Source: Paramoeba atlantica
Lineage: Eukaryota; Protista; Discosea
Assembly (NCBI GenBank): GCA_977017575.1
Contig: CDRNVI010000023.1
Location: 248,001-312,000, forward strand
Length of the DNA stretch: 64,000 nt
Direction of reading: 5' to 3'
The position numbers were made by a program, and so were the translations under genes. Under the pieces are notes generated by a model, which was given only the letters and a program-made list of their open reading frames with translations, was not told where the DNA came from and did not search any database. The first letter of the stretch is position 1. Each line of letters opens with the position of its first letter. This document shows, piece after piece, positions 54,601 to 63,177 of this stretch.

Positions 54601-56914
54601 GAAACAAGAAAGCTTATCCGCGAGTGCCACTGCACCTCCAGTTGATGGGATTCCCAAATATTACGGCGACCCGACACAATTTCACACCGTACTGCATGAG
54701 CCCGTCATCGAGAGCTGTGCATGGGAGGCGGACCCCAATGCCCACACGCTGCGCCTTTTAACGTTCTCCCGAACCGGGGCGTTACAACTCCGTGAGCTCA
54801 CTACATTATGGGAGACAACCCGTCTATCCTCCCCCGGTAGTTTTCGTTCTTCTTTCGCATCCTCTCCCTTGCATACCCCTTTGTTGACCCCTAAACTCCC
54901 TCTGGGCGCTACCCCCCGGCAGCTCGTTCTTCTCCCCCAGCAGTGTCGTTACGCTGCGGTGATTGAAACCGACCCGCACACACTAAATACCGAGGAGAGG
55001 CAAAAATACCGAGCCGGGGTCGCACAACAGCGTGTGGCGACCGGGGAATCCGAGAATGAAATGATGAGCAACAGCAGCAGCAACCCCTCCGCGAGTCTTG
55101 CGCTCGAGGAGAATCGGGAATACGGCGTCGGGTTCCGTGGCAGCGCTCGGCAATGTGTGTCGTATCTCCGTCTGGTGGATGTCCACGCCCTGGGGTCACT
55201 CACTCGTGCCGGGGCAAATCTCTCATCGTTGCCGCACGACTTGGCCGCGCAAAATGTTGAAGCGGGAAATGCCGTGGCGTTGCAAGGGTTAATTCCCGAT
55301 TCCGGTTCTCCAAATTTTGGCACAGATTCCCGACGTCACGGGACGATCTCGGAAATTCCCCCCGTGACGGTGGATTTGATGGAGCTTGACGGCGACTTGG
55401 CGGCGGTGAGTCTTTGTTGCTTCTCCTCTGGGGAAACGGACTACGTAGTGGTAGGCGCTGCCTCCGCGAGTGCTCTGTTTTCCGAACCTCTCGGTGTCAC
55501 CTCGAGTGCGAGCAGTGCCGGAAATGGGGCAACCGACTCCGGACGTGACACAATGCCCGGGACCCTGTTAGTATTTGAAATCGTACCCCCCGCATTGGGT
55601 ACGGGAACCCCCGCGAGCGCTGGGCCCTCGCCATCCTCCTCGTCCTCCCCTACCGCCCCCACGCTCCGCCTGGCGCACAAAACCCCCCTGCCGGGGATTC
55701 CCTTCACCCTGTGCGAGTTTGGCCCCCGTGTGGGGAAACTCCTGGTCGGGGTTCACACCACACTCCAGCTCTACGCCCTGGGCAAGCGTAAAATGCTGTT
55801 GAAATGTGAGCGCCGGGGTTTCCCCACCCGCGTCACCCGGGTCGCCTCCCTCTCCCGTCGGGTGTTCGTGGCGGATGCCGCCGAGAGTGTGTTCTTCGTG
55901 CACTACACCCCCTCGGCGAATCTGTTGTCGGTATTCGCCGAGGACACCCTCCCCCGGGCCATCACCGCGCTCACCGTGCTGGATTACCACACGGTTGCGG
56001 TCGCGGACCGCTACGGTGGACTCACCACCCTGCGCGTGCCACGACACGTGCGGGAGGATGTCAGCGAGGAGAGTATCGCACGCGGGAGTGAGACCGCAGT
56101 GAGGGTTGCGGACTCCACCCTCTCCTCGTCTTCTTCCTCCACAGGGGTCATGAATAAAACCACAACCCCTGAGCTCGCGGCAGCCCTGCTGCAGCAATCC
56201 ACCCGCACCCGACCCCAACAGGTGGAGGTGTTGACACAGTGGTATGTTGGGGATGTGGTGACCTCCCTGTCGACACTGTCCTCCCTGGGAGAAGGGGGGA
56301 TCAGGGGGGAGATCCCCCAACCCGGGGAACGAGCAGGTTCCTCTACGACGGGGCTACCCAGTGGAACAACCCCAGTTTCGGGTTCTTCTGGTTCTGCTTC
56401 TGTTCCTTCCCTTTCTTCCCCCTCCCCTGCGTTGGTGTATACCACACTAGGGGGGGCCATTGGCACGGTACAGCCTTTGCTCACCGATGCGGAGGCCACG
56501 CTGCTTACGCGACTGGAGAATGCCCTCCACACCCACGGGCAGCTCCCTCGAAACCCTTTTGACTACACCGCAGAGGGGGGTGCGACGGGGTTTGAGCCCG
56601 AGAGCGCGACGACCCCTCGACTCCCGCAGTACGGGCTGGGTCTCGCGGGTGGTCGTCGCCCTCCCCGGGCGACGCAACTCAGCCGGGGGTTCTGGGAGCC
56701 CAACCCCCGGGACTACAGCCTAGGGGGCACCGACCACAACGCCTACCGCTCCTACTACCTCCCACGGAAAGGGATCGTGGACGGGGACTTTGTGGAGGCG
56801 GTGTGGGGGAGCCTCTCGCAGCCCTCACGACGGGAGATTGCGACACTGTTGCAGTCCTCCGTGGGGGAGATTGAAAATGTGTTGCGGGGGTACCGTAGCG
56901 GGTTTGGGGGGTAA
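51647..56914 (+). CDS. SF3B3: Splicing factor 3B subunit 3 (SAP130/Rse1), intronless
   Basis: YSLTLHPPSAI, LLQSEYGDLYKVTL, YFDTIP, NHRLYQFQSLG, LYALGKRKMLLKCE, RVFVADAAESVFF, DTLPRAIT, DYHTVAVADRYG and DHNAYRSYYLPRKGIVDGD. Start at ATG 51647. Confidence 0.93.
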   Translation: MTIGYSLTLHPPSAIHAACAGMFRGARVHEFVLVTGTHLSLYEIASPTPQKDASTPVSPRFSSLGSTYLWGHTLAIRPVLLAHNNSKDALLVLMDGGCVALWEYTESHIPYSDDSSGAGREDHVGVSFLPLRPPCLGDPSARSAGLRLLHRLNFGPAGLRRDTPGRYVGVDARGGCVSLAALDGTKLFFPTQISTLSSEHDPRERGTEHGAFSSDFEGTPKSARSLTLGSPIESLPRSPGTLTLAYVPLEHETDAQQCVYAGLERASLPHGDAGSKTSPPHLVVYIYDRSCAVVTVREVTRVEPGSHLLFPVPYTPLRVAPTPGHRPPHTGCPGGVLVCSPNHLRYVEVTTGRSLHAALPRRHTLPVEHTVMVCAGALMRTREGFFYLLQSEYGDLYKVTLTVSHPPSVPAGEGDGGSGGVVTALHVRYFDTIPLATYLYITRRGGLVALGEVANHRLYQFQSLGIDHDRYLLGHLVVREKAEEGGANRGGIQNLPVFAPHSLRNLRLCEELSNTSPLLGCVGLNPTETRSGRELTLLGWGGRGLQAAAHAFTPGSAPSRLLLHLPLTSFESFPPPHEYPYGTHHPANTLPLSLITTSERSAALNEFFSPLSAPPCVLLRYPNATHPFTLFSFSSMKDNTSPVAARLHALPSPHDGGESNNTAAVVFMAYLADGSQVRVHPNLVRHHLPGGHVRHWRPSAIHGAPEGSNPSMGSYSSSDSSDPVDSKGLISHAASTHFQLVTGLGPVVEYFALDEAGVLRNANRLELSGSVRGLDVIHSPEMVSAEVTGSSSPSSIGQRKPFSFMAVATDRRELWVVEIPLPRNMRQSSTARGLEVRATLQCAVEIASVVLAWQPVGEVEISESSDAAELATSDSSPTRLFLYLGLHNGTVEVRELGIQPLQESTSSVHLSLAIRHSVTFHAPIVRVVSETGPVRVKKLFWRCTSQTTPIIDSASPSPVGLVHQFFAIALQSESGLRLTGVYLMEKQESLSASATAPPVDGIPKYYGDPTQFHTVLHEPVIESCAWEADPNAHTLRLLTFSRTGALQLRELTTLWETTRLSSPGSFRSSFASSPLHTPLLTPKLPLGATPRQLVLLPQQCRYAAVIETDPHTLNTEERQKYRAGVAQQRVATGESENEMMSNSSSNPSASLALEENREYGVGFRGSARQCVSYLRLVDVHALGSLTRAGANLSSLPHDLAAQNVEAGNAVALQGLIPDSGSPNFGTDSRRHGTISEIPPVTVDLMELDGDLAAVSLCCFSSGETDYVVVGAASASALFSEPLGVTSSASSAGNGATDSGRDTMPGTLLVFEIVPPALGTGTPASAGPSPSSSSSPTAPTLRLAHKTPLPGIPFTLCEFGPRVGKLLVGVHTTLQLYALGKRKMLLKCERRGFPTRVTRVASLSRRVFVADAAESVFFVHYTPSANLLSVFAEDTLPRAITALTVLDYHTVAVADRYGGLTTLRVPRHVREDVSEESIARGSETAVRVADSTLSSSSSSTGVMNKTTTPELAAALLQQSTRTRPQQVEVLTQWYVGDVVTSLSTLSSLGEGGIRGEIPQPGERAGSSTTGLPSGTTPVSGSSGSASVPSLSSPSPALVYTTLGGAIGTVQPLLTDAEATLLTRLENALHTHGQLPRNPFDYTAEGGATGFEPESATTPRLPQYGLGLAGGRRPPRATQLSRGFWEPNPRDYSLGGTDHNAYRSYYLPRKGIVDGDFVEAVWGSLSQPSRREIATLLQSSVGEIENVLRGYRSGFGG

Positions 56915-57341
56915 ATCGGTTTTGTAAGATAAATTTCTAAGGAAGAGAAGCTTTCGATGAGAAGGTTTCAATGCAGAACGAAGTTGGGGTGGTGGGTTCG
57001 GAAAGGGGGTGAACAGAAGATGCGATGTGTGACACAGCAAAAACGGTGTTGCTGTGTCAGTGGGGTGAAAAAGAAGGGGTGGTACAGGAGAGTGCAATGT
57101 TTGTCTCCAGTATCAGTAAAAAAAACATTCAATGTTACGTATAGGCCTCACTTCACGAACCGCAGCGTTCGTTAGCTCGGCCAGGGTTGGGGGGGAAACA
57201 TTACTAACATGTTCTATCTTCAAATTTGTGCTTATTAAAAGGAGGTATGAGGGGGTGCATATTAAAGGGGTCACAATTGGGGTTCACTATTTTTTTTGTG
57301 AAAATAAAGCTTTTGGAGGTCTAATTTGTCGTACATTTTTT

Positions 57342-59429
57342 ATGGGCGAAACAAAGTCGACTTTTTCTCTCCCACCCGGGAACTTCCCTTATCCCCCAGG
57401 ATCACACGATGAGCCTTACACCCCCACGCGCCCCGTCACATCTCGTAAATCCATTCGCGCCCCCGTTGAGGTCTCTTCCGTTGGCTGGGTGCTCAGTTGG
57501 CAACTTGCACTCGTCCTACTCACCACTACACTGTGGAGTCTAGCCTTAATAACGCACGACTGGTGGAGTTTCGAATTCTCTTTTCCGGGCTCCAACGCCA
57601 ATGTGTCTTCCATGGTAGTGTATACAATTCCCTCCTCTCGGCCACACACTTCTTTTTGGAAACCCCTTGGGGGAATAAAAAACAACCGCGAGCGGCAGTT
57701 GGCTACAAAGACGCCCTCGAAAGATCATTTTATCCACAGTGGTCTACCCGACACCGCACAACTCCACAACCCCGCTGCTCCTTCTTCCTCTGTCCCTCCA
57801 TTCTCCCATCCCATGGAGGCATTCACAAAAACAAGAAATCCCCGAACCCCCACCCCCCTTTCCCGTTTCACCGTCCACTACGGGCTATGGGTGGTGTGTG
57901 GCCCCGACAACACCTGCGAGCCCCTGAGCTCTACCCATCCGATTTACAGTACCGCACCCCAGGCCACGACGACGACGAGTCAAACCAAAGCCTCTTTATT
58001 ACCTCTCACCCTTTCGGTGAAAGAAAATCTGAAAAACTCTTTCACTGCACAAGAAAGGATAAAAACAACAAGAAAAGAAGAAGAAGGAGAAAGAGAAGAA
58101 AAACGACAAAACGAAAAAGAAGAAGACAATGAAAACGGAGTTCTCTTTTCCGATTCTTCTTCGGATTCGTTTTTGGATTCTTATCTCTCCTCCCCCGCCT
58201 CCTCCTACGCCTCCCGCGTCTCCTGGATCCAATCCCTCGCGCTGCTCTCCACCGCCGCTCTCCTGCTCTCCCTTCTCCTGCTTGTGCTGCGCCTCGGGTG
58301 CCTGCGCCCCTCTCGGGCCTTATGGCTTTTTTCTCTTTTTTGCCCTCTCCTGGGGTTTAGCGCCCAGGTGGGTTTACTCGTTTACTTTCTATGCACCTAT
58401 GAGGTCTGGGTGAACCGCGGCGTGGGGTTCTGTGTGGGCAAGGCAGCGGCAGCGCTGGGGTGTACCAGCGCCTATGGCTACTCCCTGGCCCTGGCCGCGG
58501 CCGCGACGGTGCTCGGCCTGCTCCAGGTGGCCGTGGTCGCCTGGGTGAGTAAGGCGGCACTGGGGGGGAAGGGGAAGGGAAGAAGGAAAAAAAGGGCGCA
58601 AGATTTTGCCCCCTTGGTGGGGGGAGGAGGCATGGAGGGGTTGGAAAAGGTGGGGGAGGAAACGAGGGAGGGAGTGAAAAATGGAAAAGGGGGGTTGTTG
58701 CCGTGGAGACCACGTGGGGAGGATGAATCGTGTAGGGGGGAGATGCAGGAAGGAGGGGGGTTTGGGGGCTCTGGGGTGCTGTCGGGGTTGACGAAAGTAG
58801 CGTCCGAGACGGCATTGCAACAAGGGATGGAATCCCACGCTAAACTGTTCTCTCCTCATGCGTTAGGAAAGCAAAGGTCGATGGTAAACAACCGTAGCTC
58901 GCCGACGTTGGTGGTGGATGCCTTGGAGATGCAAAGTAAGTCTACCTCCTTCGTTAACAGCGTTCCAACTGGACAACTTCGGTCTAATCAAACCGTCGGG
59001 CGATATGCCGCGCAAAGTCATCCTATCGCATCATCCGCTTCAGTTCGTGATCCCGCTGTACCTTTGCTACGTGTTTCGGGGGAGGACGGCAGTGCTGAAG
59101 GTTTGAAAAAGACGCACATTTCTCAGTTTCATTCGTTAAGCAATGAAATAAAACATTCGAATGTTCCACCGTTATGTATTCCATCTAACGCACAAGCTGG
59201 AGAGACACGCGAGCAGAGTTTTTCCGTTTCGGAAATTGGGCCTTCTCCTTCTGAGGCTCTTGTGTCCTCAGAATGGGTATGGGACCCTGAATTTGAAATG
59301 TACTGGTCTTCTCTACGGCAACTTTACTATGACAGCGAACTGGTTCGGTTCTTTGATCCGAAAAGCCAAATGTTCTTCGACACAAAAGCTAACAGATGGG
59401 TACCCCCCGATTTGGAAGACCAGGGGTGA
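57342..59429 (+). CDS. Four-TM claudin/amastin-like protein with C-terminal OCRE-like aromatic repeat
   Basis: Four hydrophobic segments, YGLWVVC and AYGYSLALAAAA motifs, and the C-terminus WVWDPEFEMYWSSLRQLYYDSELVRFFDPKSQMFFD. ATG 57342 chosen over 57132. Confidence 0.65.
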   Translation: MGETKSTFSLPPGNFPYPPGSHDEPYTPTRPVTSRKSIRAPVEVSSVGWVLSWQLALVLLTTTLWSLALITHDWWSFEFSFPGSNANVSSMVVYTIPSSRPHTSFWKPLGGIKNNRERQLATKTPSKDHFIHSGLPDTAQLHNPAAPSSSVPPFSHPMEAFTKTRNPRTPTPLSRFTVHYGLWVVCGPDNTCEPLSSTHPIYSTAPQATTTTSQTKASLLPLTLSVKENLKNSFTAQERIKTTRKEEEGEREEKRQNEKEEDNENGVLFSDSSSDSFLDSYLSSPASSYASRVSWIQSLALLSTAALLLSLLLLVLRLGCLRPSRALWLFSLFCPLLGFSAQVGLLVYFLCTYEVWVNRGVGFCVGKAAAALGCTSAYGYSLALAAAATVLGLLQVAVVAWVSKAALGGKGKGRRKKRAQDFAPLVGGGGMEGLEKVGEETREGVKNGKGGLLPWRPRGEDESCRGEMQEGGGFGGSGVLSGLTKVASETALQQGMESHAKLFSPHALGKQRSMVNNRSSPTLVVDALEMQSKSTSFVNSVPTGQLRSNQTVGRYAAQSHPIASSASVRDPAVPLLRVSGEDGSAEGLKKTHISQFHSLSNEIKHSNVPPLCIPSNAQAGETREQSFSVSEIGPSPSEALVSSEWVWDPEFEMYWSSLRQLYYDSELVRFFDPKSQMFFDTKANRWVPPDLEDQG

Positions 59430-59920
59430 ACGTCTATCCACGAGGCATAGAAGTACTTTTTTATGAGACTTTATGCTTCTTCGGTCCAATCCGATTGGGT
59501 AATTTCCTACGTCAATCGCTCTGAGAAACTGTAGGTAATTATTTAGGCAAGATACTTCGCGCAAAGCGCGTGATTTCGATCTCCAATCTCCTAATTGACT
59601 GATTAGTGATTCTCAGGATCGTAGGGTCATGCGCAGGAGTGGGGATTGGGAGTAGGACTAATTGCGAACTTGTAATTTTTATGCTAAACGCTATAACCGA
59701 AAGGAAAAGACAACGGCAGAGTACTTTCCTCCTGGAACGGGATCTTTCGAATGCAATATAAATGAGCCAAAACTGGCACAAAAAACTTGGAGGAAGTATA
59801 CCTAAATTGCGCAAAAAACTACATTTTTCTTTTTTCAATTCGAAAAAATCTGCTAAATCATAATTTAACTTACAACGTTTTTACACGACTTTACACCATT
59901 AAAATGGACTGTAATCATTA

Positions 59921-60111
59921 CAGGGGGTGGCACGAAAATATTGGGGGTCAAAATTTTTATGACTTGCCCAATTTTGGAAAGTAGCACCGCATTCGAGAGC
60001 TCTCGCAGAGATACGTGGCACCTGAAACGCATTATCAGATGTTATAATCAAGTTAGATATTAGCATTATCAAGTTATAAAACTTTTTACCCCCCCTATTT
60101 TACATCCCCTG
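59921..60111. mobile_element. Short Tc1-family MITE
   Basis: TA|CAGGGGGTGGCACGAAAATATTGGGGG at the left end. Degenerate inverted end ...CCCCCCTATTTTACATCCCCTG. Confidence 0.55.
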
Positions 60112-60900
60112 CATGTAGATTGTGTAATGGCGATTCTCCTTGCACCGTGGCCATTTTGGAAACGTTTCTCCGTTCTGCATTTTTCTATGCGGAAGATCGG
60201 CGCAAACTAAATCACGCCCGGCGTGCGACAGCCACCATTTTCGTGTCTTCCTGCTTGTGTGGCCGGGCGCGCCGTCATCCACGTATACTGCATCTTTGTG
60301 AAGAGAAGCGTACGGGATCCACTTTTAATCAAGAATTTATTTTCGATAGTACAGGCTTCCCAGCTTTAATTGGTCTGGGGGAGTCTCGCGCTTCTCACCA
60401 AGTTCCAATAATCGAGTTGCTGCTCGAGTGCAAAACTCGGTAAAATTGTCACACCAATGATAGAGGATATTGCCTTCCTTATCAATGGCACCCCACAGCA
60501 TAACCTTTGTTGGGTGATGCGTTCGACTCATTGGAACGCGATCTGTGGGGCTCATCTGAATCAAGCGTTGGTCTACATGCGATTCACAGCTCAGTAAACG
60601 TGAGCATGCTCCACTTGAGATAGAAAACATACAAACATGTATAACAAAGATCATCCTGAGAGAAAATTCCTGTTTCGTAAACACCTTTTAATAGGTATAA
60701 ATCTGATTCCGAGAGAGCACCTTTTCGACGCTTGAACCGTTTCAAAAGTTTTCTTCTTTGATGGCGTATTGTTTTAGGCCGACCTCCCCTTTTCCAATCT
60801 TCATCTGTTCCATATTCGCACACAGAAGAAGAAGAAGAAGAAGAGGTGGAGGAGGAGGAAGGAGAGTCAAAAGAGCTGTACTCCGTAGCTTCATAAGACG
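60100..60900 (-). mobile_element. Tc1-like transposase relic, homolog of 40950-42942
   Basis: KRGGRPK, VYETGIFSQDDLC, RTHHPTKVMLWGAIDKEG, MDDGAPGHTS and PKWP. Confidence 0.7.
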
Positions 60901-61973
60901 AGTCACTTCTGATCGTTGAAATTAGGTTCTTGAAATTAAGAAAAGTCGTAGCTCTAGCCGAATATACATGATTTTTGTAAGGGAATCATTATTATTTTTT
61001 GAAAAAAACGGCCCAAAGAATATTTTACCCCCAACACCGAGCAAAAAAGTTTTAAAAAAGAAAAAGCTTTCGGTCAAAGGGAACCGGTTTTGCGCCAAAA
61101 ACAAAATATCTAAAAACAGTCAAGAAACCTTACTTTTTTCTCTTCTCATCACTAATTCAATGTACTGCTTTATTCAACAACTACTTCGGCACAATACAAC
61201 TTGATATCTTCAAATAGACGGCGCAGTGGATGGCCTGCACACACTCCCCTTTTCAACTTCCCGTTAACGACCTCCCCTGCGAACTTCAGTCGGTTGTTGC
61301 GTTCTTCTGTTCCGCGTCACATATGGTGAAAACGCGCACAAAACGAGTTTTTGCCACCTGTTTCTATTCAGCGGCACTAAGAACATACCCCTGCCGGGTA
61401 AATGGGTAATTACCCGGGTCTGCGATCCAGTTACCCGCACCGACCCGCACTGACGGGTCGTCTTAGAAAGCTACATATACATGTATACATCTGTTTGTTG
61501 AATCTTTTCATCAGGAAATAAACGTGCATCTTTGTTTCGGACCTTATGGTGAAATGTTTTATGGCTAAGTAAGAAGTCAATAATCATATTACTCTTGTGT
61601 TTGATCGCACTAACTAATCTCTTCTTACCTAAACTTATCTGTACTCATGGCTCGTCAACGACGATTAGAGCAGACACCTAGCACGCCTGAATTATTTTCG
61701 TCATCTGATACTGCAGATGGTAATACCCCTGAGTCAAAAAAAAATGAAGCATCGCGATACCATACGGCACAAAATGACAATAGAGTCCTTATCTGGGCAA
61801 TTCGTGCTCGTGCGCTGTCCTCCCGGATGCACCCACACACTCAGATATTCTCACCCATCCTTTGGGCCAAAAGGTTCATTGCATATGTACCAAGGAAAGA
61901 ACGTTCTCCTGCATCCAATTTTTGTCGTTGCGGTGTTGATACACTATGAAGTTCCCTCTCAGAGCCTTAACGG

Positions 61974-62501
61974 TCATATTGCGCCTTCACAAGTTAGACT
62001 GTGGAAGAGTTCACAATCTGACTCCTCCGTCAGAATGGCCTGGAATTCCACCTTTACCAGTACAGAGTCAAGAAAGAGTTGAGAGAGGCATGGGGAGTCG
62101 TAAGTTCTTATCAAACACTGGTACGGGCTTCGCTTCCCTTCACCCTTCTCCCCACCATCTTCAGCAGCACTCGATTCCTTCGGTGCCTTGCGCTCGGCTT
62201 TGGTGGCGTGCTGCCGCTTCAGCACTATGCCAGCTATGGCCAGCAGAAGCTCTCCCGTAATCTTTTTATGAGCAGAGTTGCCCTCTTCCGTTAAATTAGC
62301 AACTTTCAACTTTTCTCCCTGGGGAACCACATCACCAACCGCTTCTAGCACGGCAGAAGGGAAATTCAGGGCTTCTGCCCGCTTGCTGTGCCTTGCTTCG
62401 AAAAGTGGTTGAAGAAGCATTTTGTCTTTGATTTTCAGTATTACGTATTTTCGAATGAGGCTGAACTCCCCTTCAAGGGCATCCACCAACGTATCAATCA
62501 T
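61974..62501 (-). other. Unassigned 175-aa antisense ORF, probably TE-derived
   Basis: Protein-like composition but no recognised motif. Broken coding-like sequence continues downstream. Confidence 0.25.
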
Positions 62502-62800
62502 GAGGAAAAAATAGAACTACCGAGAGTATAAACCTAGGGACACGATAAGTCACCCCCCTCTAAATTTTGTGAAGTCTTCGTTTGGGCTAATTTTTGTTGC
62601 ATTTTGCGGATCTCGGTGATGCTTGTTTGGGGTTTGCTTGTTGGGATTGCTTGTTTGCGTGTTTCGGTGTACGCAAATTAAGTTCAGACTCAATTTTTCT
62701 CTTAAAACTACCTCTCTATCCTCGATTACCATTGGAAGACGCTTTCGCAATATTTTTTTTGTAAACGACTCCTTAAGTGATGAAAATGTCATGGAATAGA

Positions 62801-62860
62801 AATGCATTAAGGGGTAAAAATGTCATTAAGGGGTAAAAATGTCATTATGGGGTAAAAATG
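62801..62860. repeat. Three tandem 19-bp units (ATGTCATTAAGGGGTAAAA)
   Basis: Read directly. Confidence 0.9.
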
Positions 62861-62944
62861 GCCGGGGAGCGGGGTTGGGTGTGGGCCTTGAAGGCACTCC
62901 CGATCGCTCTCCCTTTGTAGTGAGGCCGCCAGGTTGCAAGTTTT

Positions 62945-63011
62945 GTCGATAGCGGGAATCGAACCTGCAGGTTGTAAGGCCCACCGTCTGCCAACTACGC
63001 CCGCACCGCAG
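62945..63011 (-). ncRNA. tRNA-like element with B-box
   Basis: GCAGGTTCGATTCCCGC T-arm, similar to CAGGTTTGATCCCGCT at 45735-45808. No full cloverleaf. Confidence 0.4.
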
Positions 63012-63177
63012 TTTAGTAGTTTTTTGAACTATTTTCGTTATTTTTCGGAATTTTTATTGTACCTGTAGCCAATTATTGTGCCGCGGGGGTACATTAACCC
63101 GGACGGGTGTTTAATTGGGTCAACCGGAATTAGTTGCAAAGAAAAAGTCAGTAAAGTATTTTTTGGGCCTAAAATTA

